NCBI RefSeq assembly: GCF_046119375.1
Contig: NW_027362767.1
Location: 70,866,001 to 70,930,000 of the forward strand
Source of the DNA: Phyllobates terribilis
Taxonomy: Eukaryota
Length of the DNA: 64,000 nucleotides
Direction: 5' to 3'
The position numbers and the translations under genes are program-made. Positions 24,430 to 36,000 of the stretch are shown one piece after another. The notes under the pieces were generated by a model. The model was not told the DNA's origin, made no database searches, and saw only the letters and a list, made by a program, of their open reading frames with translations. Position 1 is the first letter of the stretch. Each line of letters starts with the position of its first letter.

Positions 24430-27400
24430 TACATTCCAAAAGTTTGGACACACCTTCTTTTTTAAAGATTTTTCTGTATTTTCATGACTATGAAAATTGT
24501 ACATTCACACTGAAGGCATCAAAACTATGAATTAACACATGTGGAATTATATACTTAACAAAAAAGTGTGAAACAACTGAAAATATGTCTTATATTCTAG
24601 GTTCTTCAAAGTAGTCACCTTTTGCTTTGATGACTGCTTTGCACACTCTTGGCATTCTCTTGATGAGCTTCAAGAGGTAGTCACCGGAAATGGTTTTCAC
24701 TTCACAGGTGTGCCCTGTCAGGTTTAATAAGTGGGATTTCTTGCCTTATAGATGGGATTGGGACCATCAGTTGTGTTGTGCAGAAGTCAGGTGGATACAC
24801 AGCTGATAGTCCTACTGAATAGACTGTTAGCTGCTTTTTTCTTGCCATAATGCAAATTCTAAGTAAAGAAAAACGAGTGGCCATCATTACTTTAAGAAAT
24901 GAAGGTCAATCAGTCCGAAAAATTGGGCAAACTTTGAAAGTGTCCCCAAGTGCAGTTGCAGAAACCATCAAGCGCTACAAAGAAACTGGCTCACATGAGG
25001 ACCGGCCCAGGAAAGGAAGACCAAGAGTCACCTCTGCTTCTGAGGATAAGTTTATCCGAGTCACCAGCCTCAGAAATCGCAGGTTAACAGCAGCTCAGAT
25101 TAGAGACCAGGTCAATGCCACACAGAGTTCTAGCAGCAGACACATCTCTTCAACAACTGTTAAGAGGAGACTTTGTGCAGCAGGCCTTCTTGGTAAAATA
25201 GCTGCTAGGAAACCACTGCTAAGGACAGGCAACAAACAGAAGAGACTTGTTTGGGCTAAAGAACACAAGGAATGGACATTAGACCAGTGGAAATCTGTGC
25301 TTTGGTCTGATGAGTCCAAATTTGAGATCTTTGGTTCCAACCACCGTGTCTTTGTGCGACACAGAAAAGGTGAATGGATGGACTCTACATGCCTGGTTCC
25401 CACCGTGAAGCATGGAGGAGGAGGTGTGATGGTGTGGGGGGGCTTTGCTGGTGACACTGTTGGGGATTTATTCAAAATTGAAGGCATACTGAACCAGCAT
25501 GGCTACCACAGCATCTTGCAGCGGCATGCTGTTCCATCCGGTTTGCGTTTAGTTGGACCATCATTTATTTTTCAACAGGCCAATGACCCCAAACACACCT
25601 CCAGTCTGTGTAAAGGCTATTTGACCAAGAAGGAGAGTGATGGGGTGCTATGCCAGATGACCTGGCCTCCACAGTCACCAGACCTGAACCCAATCGAGAT
25701 GGTTTGGGGTGAGCTGGACCGCAGAGTGAAGGCAAAAGGACCGACAAGTGCTAAGCATCTCTGGGAACGCCTTCAAGATTGTTGGAAGACCATTTCCGGT
25801 GACTACCTCTTGAAGCTCATCAAGAGAATGCCAAGAGTGTGCAAAGCAGTCATCAAAGCAAAAGGTGGCTACTTTGAAGAACCTAGAATATAAGACATAT
25901 TTTCAGTTGTTTCACACTTTTTTGTTAAGTATATAATTCCACATGTGTTAATTCATAGTTTTGATGCCTTCAGTGTGAATGTACAATTTTCATAGTCATG
26001 AAAATACAGAAATTTCTTTAAATGAGAAGGTGTGTCCAAACTTTTGGTCTGTACTGTTTATATATAATGTATATTAGAAAATGGGAATAACTCTTTTAGG
26101 CAAATTAGGCCTGAACCTTCAGGCGTTAATATCAGGATTATACAAACATGTATTTTTTATTGAATTTTTTTTTTAAAAGGAGTACACCAGCTTCATCAGG
26201 TCTAAGATTTATTTAACAATGAATGCAGTTTGTAATGCAAAATCTGGTGGCAGATCCTCTTTAATATTGAATATCGATGACGTCCGCTTCAATTCTGAAG
26301 TCCTTGTCTGACCTCCCACAGTCAGCAACCAGCGCCCTCGGCAGACAATTATAATAGATTGTTTTGTGCATTAACTAGTTTGGATTTACATGAATATATA
26401 ACTACTGGGAGGACATTGCTCATCCATAATCTTTACTACTGGTAAAAATAGAAGAGAGACATACTTGCACTCTCATAAGGAGAGGCTCTTCATTATAAAC
26501 TAAAGGCAAGACTGAAGAAGACAGCACATCCAAGGTGAATAAAAGGCAATGGTTCTTTAATCTGAATCCATTAAAACAACAAACAATGGATTTAAAACCG
26601 ACGCGTTTCTGGCGAGTCACTCGCCCTTAATCATAGTATAGCACTTGTTACAATGGACAGTGAACCAATCCTGGTGGACAAACACATGACTTAAATGCAA
26701 ATGGCAGGAAAACCACACGACTAAGTATACACCTGAACTGTAATGAAGAACTTGGATATACATAATTACAAAATAAAAAAGGGGAGGGGGGAAAAAGGGT
26801 TCAATACCTTACATCCAGCTCAAAACATAACTGCATTATATAATCCCCTTCACCACCTTGGGTTTTTCCATTTTTGCGTTTTCATTTTTTGCTCCCCTTC
26901 TTCCCAGAGCCATAACTTTTTATTTTTTATTTTTGTGTCAATATGGCTATGTGAAGGCTTGTGTTTTTTTGCGGGACAAGTTGTACTTTTGAACGACACC
27001 ATTGATTTTGCAAAAAAAGTACAATAGTTTTTTGTTTTTACCACGTTCACTGTATGGTAAAACTGACCTGCCATTATGATTCCCCAGGTCATTACAAGTT
27101 CGTAGATGCCAAACCTGTATATGTTCTTTTTTATTTAAGTGGTGAAGAAAAATTCCAAAGTTTGCAAAAAAATAAAAATCTTACAAAAGCGACGGGTCCG
27201 TACCTTCCTGTATATCATCACCTGTAAAAAGAATATCCAAAAAGGAAGTTTGAATTGTGAGGGTATTGTCTGTAAACCGCAGATTGTTTAGATAGGCAGA
27301 AATGTCACGTCTTACCATACCTCACTATAAGGAGATCATCTATATATCTCCCATACCATTTCAGATTGGAGGAAAAGGGCTTAGTTGGATTAAAAATGAA

Positions 27401-30028
27401 CCTCTCCTCCCACCAGGCTCTTCATCATGCATAATCTTAGACTTTTTGCCGACTATAATGGATATTTTGTTGTATCTGGGTGTGTAGATAATCTGTCTTT
27501 CCTATGTAAGGATGCATTGTTAGATTTATGATGCTATTAATGCATTTCACATTTTCCATCAATATTGCATTGTGCTTTTTAGTACATTTCTATTTTTCGT
27601 ATCCTCTGTTTATTGTTCTTATTTTTATCAGCCAAGTTTGGAAGAAATAAAAAAAATCCTTGTATCTTTTTTTTTTCATTTTTAGGGCAGTCGTCTCCAA
27701 AGGGAGGTTGAGAAATGGGACAAGGAGATCTGCAGTATAAACGAAGAATGGGCAAAAGCAAGCGAGCAATATTCTAGTCAAGTACAAAGTCTGAAGGATC
27801 AAATACAATTTCTGGAGGTGAGATGAAATGTATAACATTAATACATGCAGAGTGACAAAAATCAGAGGCCACCTGTAACTATTTCATTGCAGAAGATGAA
27901 ATACTGCGGGTGAAATAAGTATTGAACACGTCACCAGTTTTCTAAGTAAATACAATATATATCTAATGGTGCTATTGACATGAAATTCTCACCAGATGTC
28001 GGTAACAACCCATCCAATCCACACAGGCAAAGAAATCAAACCATAGATGTCCATAAATAATGTGTAATAATGAGAAATGACACAGGGAAAATTATTAAAC
28101 ACTCTTACTAAAATTTATTTAAAGGCGTTGTCCGGTTTAAAATAAGTTTGCAGTCATTCTGTGTGACTGCAGATTTATGAATCTCCCCAGCACACACACT
28201 GTGCTCCGAAAATTTGCCGGTTTCCGAGTCGGGAACAACGGTGATGTATGCACTATGCTTACTCCCAGGCATAGCAGTCTAGTTGGGAGCGAGGTTAGAC
28301 AGCTGGACAGCCTCCTGTATGGAGAAACTAGTCGCAGGCATTGCTCAGGTGTGATTTTCTCATTCTTCCACACAAACACTCTTCAAATCCTGAAGGTCCG
28401 TGGGCTCCTTCTATGAACTCTGAGCTTTAGTTGCTTCTATACATTTTCTATTGGATTCAGGTCAGGTGATTGGCTCAGCCATTCTAGCTGCTTTATTTTC
28501 TTTCTCTGAAAGAAAAGTTTCCTTGGCTGTGTGTTTGGAATCATTGTCTTGCTGAAATGTCCACCCTCATTTCATCTTCATCATCCTGGTAGATGGCAGC
28601 AGATTTTTATCAAGAATGTCTCTTTACATTTGTTCATTTGTCCTTCTTTCAATTATATGAAGTTTGCCAGTGCCATATGCTGAAAAACAGAACCTCACCA
28701 TGATATTCCCACCTCCAAACTTCACTGTTGGTATGGTGTTTTTGGGGTGATATGCAGTGCCTTTTGGCATCTAAACGTGGTGTGGATTATGCCATCCATA
28801 GAGTTCAATTTTGGTCTCGTCTGACTAGACTGCATTCTCCCAGTATTTCACAGGCTTGTCTAAATGATGTTGAACATACTTTTTATTCAGCATTGGAGTC
28901 TTGCATGGTGTGCGTGCATACAGGCCATGGAGGTTATGTGCATTACTTATTGTTTTCTTTGAAACCATTGTCCCTGCTGATTCCATGTCTTTCTGTAGCT
29001 CTCCACAGATGGTCCTTGGCTCTCGGACAACTCTTCTGATAATTCCTTTATCTCCTCAGTCTAAAATCTTGTGGGGAGCACCTGGTCGTGGTCTGTTTAT
29101 GGTGAAATTATGTTCTTTCCACTTCTGGATTATGGCTTAACAGTGCTCACTGTAACCTTCAGTAATTTTAGAAATTCTACTGTAACCAATGCCATCAGTG
29201 TGTTTTGCAACAATAAGATTGCAAAGGTCTTGAGACGGCTCACTGGTTTTACCCATCATGAGATGTTTCTTGTGTGGCACCTTAATAATGAGACACCTTT
29301 TTATAGGCCATCAGTTGAACCAGCTGATATTATTTTTCACATAGTGGCAGGATTGCTTTCTAATTACTGATAGATCTCAGCTGGTGGCATGACTTTCCAT
29401 GGAATTTTGCACCTCTTTCTTCATGTGCTCAATATTTTTTCTCTCTGTCATTTCTCATTATTACACATACCTTAATTTAAGGACATTTATGGTCTGATTT
29501 TCTTCTTTGCTAGAGTGGATTGGATGGGTTGTTACCGACATCTGGTGAGAATTTCATGTCAATAGCACCTTTTAGAAATATATTTACTTAGAAAATTGGT
29601 GACTTGTTAAATACTTACAGCAGGTGAAATAAGTGATTTGGCTGGTTATGATCTGGCAGAATTCTCAACTTCTAGCCCTACAATATTCAGTCTGTCATTT
29701 GCATTTTTTTAACTTTTTCCCAATATTGGATGTACTGGAATATCTGGTCCCTGTGTTTGATTCGGTCTAGGAGCTGAGTACCTTATTCCTGGCAGGCGCT
29801 GACTGTGTTACACAGCTAGCATCTGTCTGAACAGCAGCGAGCAGAGATGAGCTCTAGCCACTGCTGTTGTTAATCCCTTAAATGCCACTGTCAATCTCTT
29901 ACAGCGGCATTTAAAGAACACCAATCCACACGTCAACATCTGCCCATGCCTGCTCATCTTTATTCAGACTATTAATTTGGAAGCTGATTATTTATTTTTA
30001 GTGGGGGTGGAAGAGAGTTCAAGTGTGT

Positions 30029-30060
<32 letters not shown>

Positions 30061-33000
30061 GCCTTGTGTTATAGGAGAAAATGAAGAATGCCATTTTAGA
30101 CTTAGACAATCGGCAAGAAAATCTGGCCAAAAACATTCCCATCATGAATGCAGCTGAGGACACATACAACAAAGAGCACATCAACTATGAAGACGTGAAA
30201 AAGAAATCTAGTGGTAAGGAAGCCAACCAGAAGATTCGTGGGTTATTAGTAAAACATACCGATTGGTTGGGTTATGTTCACATCTGCTTTGAAACTTCCA
30301 TTTCAGATTCTGTAAAAAAAAAAAAAAAAAAAAAAAAATTGCCCATCAAAATTCCATCATGATGGGAAACTGACGAACCCGACTATCGTGGGTGTTTGTC
30401 TTGTATGGTTGTCATCACCAATGTTATGTTTGTACTTCTGTTCCAATGACGAAACAGAAATACTGAATTAATAAGGATGATGTGAACAAAGACAAATTAT
30501 TCTGACAAATGCAAATTTTATTCAAGAAATGACTTAAACCATCTTATATATCACAGCCATGAAAAGCAAACAGAAAGCCTTGGAGGGATCCATTAACACA
30601 ATCACCAAGGATATTGAAGCCAATTGTAAGATAAAGGTAAAGTAATTGTGCTGATGTGCCGTGGGTGTGCAGCAGATCCGCACTGCAACTAAACTATTAC
30701 CATTTATTTGGGCTAATTTTTCACAATTCTATCGAAATAAGTGACATGCTACAATAAAATCTGGAGATCCACATAGAAATTTTGAATTTTACATGTGAAA
30801 GGAAAACCCCATTCACATTCATAGGATGTGGATTTCATGCAGAACAAATCTTGGAAAACCCCACATGGGTAAACTTACCCTTTTAACCACTTCACGCCCA
30901 TCTACTATATAATTGGCTTATCCCGTCTGTCTGTCCGTCCAGGAAATCCCGCGTCGCTGATTGGTCCGGCCGCGGCCAATCAGCGACGTGGGATTTCAGA
31001 ACAAGATGGCGGCCGTTAGCGGCTCATCTGCCGCACGGAGGTCAGCAGCGATGCAGCCGGGAGATGACCGGCACCGGCCGCGACCAATCAGCGATATTGG
31101 CGTGAAATTTAAAACACCGCTGTCCTGATTGGTCGCAGCCCGGCCGCGAATTGGCGCCGGATTTGAAACACGCAGGCCACCGTCGGGAGATCAGCGGCGA
31201 CCCAGCCGGGAGATGACCGGTGGTAGCCGGTCATCTCCCGGCTGCTTGCAGCAGAAGTACCCCGACTGGCGGCCTCGCTCCCCGGTCCTCCCTTCACACT
31301 TGCCGTCGGGAGATCAGCGGCCGTGGTCAGCGATGTTGTCACAAGCAGTATTGACAACATGACGTAATTACAAAATTCATTAGGGGCCCCGGGGGGATAC
31401 ATTGGGGGGTTAATTTAAAGCTGTGCACAACCATTTAAACACTGCTTCGCTGATTAGTCGCGCCCGGTCGGCCGCATACATATTCTAGAATACCCGATGC
31501 GTTCGAATCGGGCCACCATCTAGTAAGACATAATTGTACATCGTACATCTGGTCTCTCTGAGCTGAGTCTGAATCCTATCTGGCAGATGGCGGCTGTGTT
31601 ACACGGTCTGCAGCTGCCTGTAACAGTGATGAGCGGATCTAGCTCAGACCGCTGCAGTTTCACAATTTAAATGCCGTTGTCGGTGATGCGAATGCTGGTG
31701 AATACATGTAATGACTCCTGTAGTCCCCCGCAACGCAATCGTGAGGTGTTGATGGGTTTTCACCGCAGCTGGGGGCCTTCTGAAAATGGACGTATCCGAT
31801 ACACAAACAGATGAACGTTTCTATTCCTTCATCAGGACACAAAGAAGGATTCATTAAAAGCTCTTAGAAAATCTGCTTTTGAAAAACTTCAGGGTGATCT
31901 TGAAATGTTAAAGCTGATTGACAAAGAAATTTATGAAACAAACAGAAGGCTGGAGCTGGTCCTCATGGAGAACTGCAGACTGAAATTGGTGAGAAAATTT
32001 AAAAGGGTTGTCTAAGATATTTTATTTCTCCCTAATCTTTCACTCAGCAATATAGGTGTAGGTGTAATATACTTAACATTAGACAGGAACACAGTTTTTA
32101 ATATAATGTGGGTTGTGACAGCATTCTGGTGACGTTCCATGTACAGCCCACATGATTTTTCAGCGAAACTGCACTGTCCAGTATATGTAACATCACTGCT
32201 GACGCAAGAATAGGGACAGTGCTGAAGTTGTAGGTCCGTGCACATGTGATCCCCGATTGCTCTCCTGCACACTCAACCGTGCAGAAGTAGGATCGCACGT
32301 GCACGATAACTGCTGTCATGTTTTGTCATCTGTCAGGTTGCTGGGATCGCTGATGAATGAGTGGCGATCGTGATCCCTGCATCCTCTCTTCTCAGTAATC
32401 AGGACTTCTTTTTTTTTTAATCCGATCTTTTTTTATTAAACATACAGGATGTATAACATTTGTTATACACGACATTTGTTATACACGTCATTTATAAAAC
32501 AATATCTTGCATATAAATATGTAAATGTAAGGTGCCCCAGCGAGGTAGTCATGGGCGAGCTGTGGCCCCTGCTCGCTCTGGCTCCCTACAGACAATGTGT
32601 GGCCTCTCTCTGATGTGCTGCGGTGTATGTGGTGCTCTCCACTTACTTCAGACCATCCGGTCGCTTCTGTCTCCAGGCATTTCTCTTCTGGGACTAAGGC
32701 TGCAATAAATTCAGAGGACACAAGATTCTTAACCATAACTGGGACTTTACTTGGGGAAGAGGAATATGTACAATATTTACAGGCAGATATAATGGATCAG
32801 GCCCAACAGGTTATCATCTCTCACAGGTACTGGAAACCACTTCAGCCCTGGTTCCTTCTTTAAGTGAAGCATCTCTAGCCCTAGAGAATCTTCCTCACCA
32901 GCGACAGTATATCCGGATCCTATATCGCCCCACGTCCTAGCCTTGAGTCCTAGCTTCTTCTGCAGCCTGCAGACAGAATGTGCCCTGGGTCCTCAATACC

Positions 33001-36000
33001 TCTGTTGAGTTTCTCCAGCTAATGGGACTCTTGCGTAGGGAATCTTCGCTCTGGTAATCCTACTGTCTGGGGTATGGGGCTCCTGTCTGCCCTAGCAGCC
33101 ACTATACTTAGGCTGCCCGTACTGTTCACTGCCCAAACTCTGCGTTCTTTCTGGATACTCACCACAGGTTTCCTAAAGTGCCCACCCTCTATGGGCTGCC
33201 TTACACACACTTAACTCTTCACTGTCATACATGTCTGCAATCCTCTGCCCGGGACAGTGGCATCTTGTGGCTGGTTACCAATACTACAGCCCACAAGGAA
33301 TTATATCAGGAACAAGCTTTATACACACTTTATGCTTGATCATGGCACTAAGTTCCCCCTCTACTCTACTGGCTGGATCATCACAGCTAACCCCCTTAAC
33401 TGGACATAACTGCATCTCAGAGAGATCTAACTATGGGAACATTCTCTCTTAACTATTTCAGTGCCAAAGGAAGGCTACGTCCTTCCCCACTACTACATAC
33501 ACATCCTGCATTTGCATTATCCTTTTTACATTTGATTGCATTTTCAACCTTTTTATATAGTCATCCTTATTTTTCCTTCTAGAAATATATGAAAAAACTA
33601 AACTAAGTGAATCACCCTTCCCTCACCCCAATAATGCACCAGTTCAAACCACTTAAATAAATCAGTGCACCACAAAAATTCCAGGAGCATTGCACACTGG
33701 AATCAGCTCTAATCATTGTGACCATTGTCTTACTATTTTGTCAATTCTTAGGTCGTATTGGGGCATTTTATCCTAATACCATCAGTTGCCATATTCTATC
33801 TTGCAACAACACTCCAGACGGAAGGCCAGGAACATTTAACCAGGGTCCTCAGATTTTTTTTCAAATTTCCCTATTGCTTTTCTTTTTCTGTAAATTCCCT
33901 TTTCCAGCCATATGTTGTTATTTATTCTATTTTATAAGTTCATTTATTGACGGGGGGGAGGGGGAAGCAACCAATGTACTGCGATTAACTTACAGGCCTG
34001 ATACAATATACGCGTCACACCAATAGCTAGTGGAGATTCGAGATCCGTTGGCTCACCCAGGTATCCTAACACCCATGTCCTAGGGTCCAGCTGAAACTGT
34101 ATTCCGAACACCCTATGTAATAGAGCCAGGGTATTCTTCCAGTATAGGCCCAACTTTCTACATTCCCAAAACATGCATCAGGTGGGCATCCTCTGTGCCA
34201 CATCTATGGCGGTCCGTATCTGGGCGAACACCGATTTTTAAATAGTAAACTTAATGTATACACCCTGTGTATGAGATATAGCTGTGAAAGTCTCTGAGAC
34301 TCACAAAGAGAGCGTCTAGGAACATGCTCCAATATCTTTATCCATTGTTCATCTGTAATTTGTCCCATATCTGCTTCCCACTTCAATTTTACCTTCCCAC
34401 TATGATCGTTGAGACGAGATTGCGTGATTGGGCTGGACGTGAATTTTGCAGCTACTAATGACTCAAGGACATGGCTTTTTTGAATCTGAGGTATGGTATT
34501 ACCAAACTGAGTCTGAAACGCATGTCTCAGCCCAAATTCCTGTTGAAGTCTGTTGAAACTTTTGCGTATGCTATTATATTATCTATAGTCTGTATTCCTC
34601 TAAATTCCCATCTAGCGAACCCTTTTAGTTTACCAAACACCTCTAGTTTATGGTTATGCCACAATGGAGTAAATTTAGTGAACCTAGTGATTCCCAGCAG
34701 TCTCTTCCCTCTGTCCCATACTTTATGCATTAGTGCTGGAGTTGGTCTGTCCCCATCAAGGCCTCCCATGCCCCCCTGCACTACACGAATAGGTGAGGAA
34801 CATTTCCTATCTTGCAAAACAAGACTGGCAGCCCTATCCATACCGTCCCTTGTTTCTCAGCCATGAAAATGTTGTAACTGTGAGGCTATATGCTCACGTA
34901 GTGTTCTTGTAGCGTTTTTACGGCCACGAAAACGCTTGTAAAACCGTCTGCCATGCAAAGCAATGTGAATTCGGATCTGCTGTGCACATGATGCGCTAAT
35001 TAGCGCGCCGAATTCGCATTGCGTTGCAAAACGCAGCATGACCATTTCTACCGCGATTACGCTGCAAATTCGCACCCATTGAGGAACATTGAAACGCAGC
35101 ACACCCGCAGGTATATGTGGATTTGCTGCGTTTCAATTAAATTCAATGTCCTCGAATTCGCGGCATAATCGCGGTGCATGTGGTACCCTGGATGAAGAGG
35201 AGACTACAACTCCTCTTCATCCCGGCTATCACGCGGTGAAAAAAATAAAGTAAAAAATAAAAAAAATCTGTATACTCACCTCTCCGGTCTCCTCCCGGCC
35301 GCGTCCTTTCTCCTCGGCGTCCCGCGGTGTACTGTCAGGACCTGCGGTGACATCATTTAGTCATCTGATGGTCACGCGACCGCTGACATCAGAGGTCAGG
35401 TGATGGTGGCGTGACCATCAGCTGACTAAATGACATCACCGCAGGTCCTGACAGTACACCGCGGGACGCCGAGGAGAGAGGACGCGGCCGGGAGGAGACC
35501 GGGGCCACCGGAGAGGTGTGTGTATACAGGTTTTTTTTTATTTTTAACTTTTTAATTCTTTACTACAGATGCAGCATTTAAAGCATCTAAGTTGGTCACA
35601 CAACATAAATCCATGCCGGTTGCATGGATTCATATTGTGTGACCAACTTGTCAAGCACTTTTCCAAGTGATGTTCAAAATCGCTTGGAAACGCGCTTGAA
35701 AAATGCATGCGGAAATGCATGTAAAGACGCATGTAAATCTGTGTGCATTTTTTCTGCCAGGGAGAGGCAAAACCGCTCTGCATTGTGGGCACATCCCATG
35801 GGTCCGGTATCGCCAGTCCTCCTTCCGTCTTATCCTCCTGTAAGGTTAACAGTTTGATCCTTGCTCTTTTACACCAAATTAATTCTCTAAACATTGTTTG
35901 CACTTTGCGAAAAATAGGGGGAATTGTGTAATACGTGCAGCAATTGTGGCATTAAAATAATTTTGATAAGATTACCCCTACCAATTACCAACAAAGGGAG

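Noticed and set aside
31811-31840. Minus-strand CTGATGAAGGAATAGAAACGTT hammerhead-like string at the exon-16 acceptor
   Set aside because: No stem II and no stem I; TTCATCAG is simply the splice acceptor, so likely coincidence.
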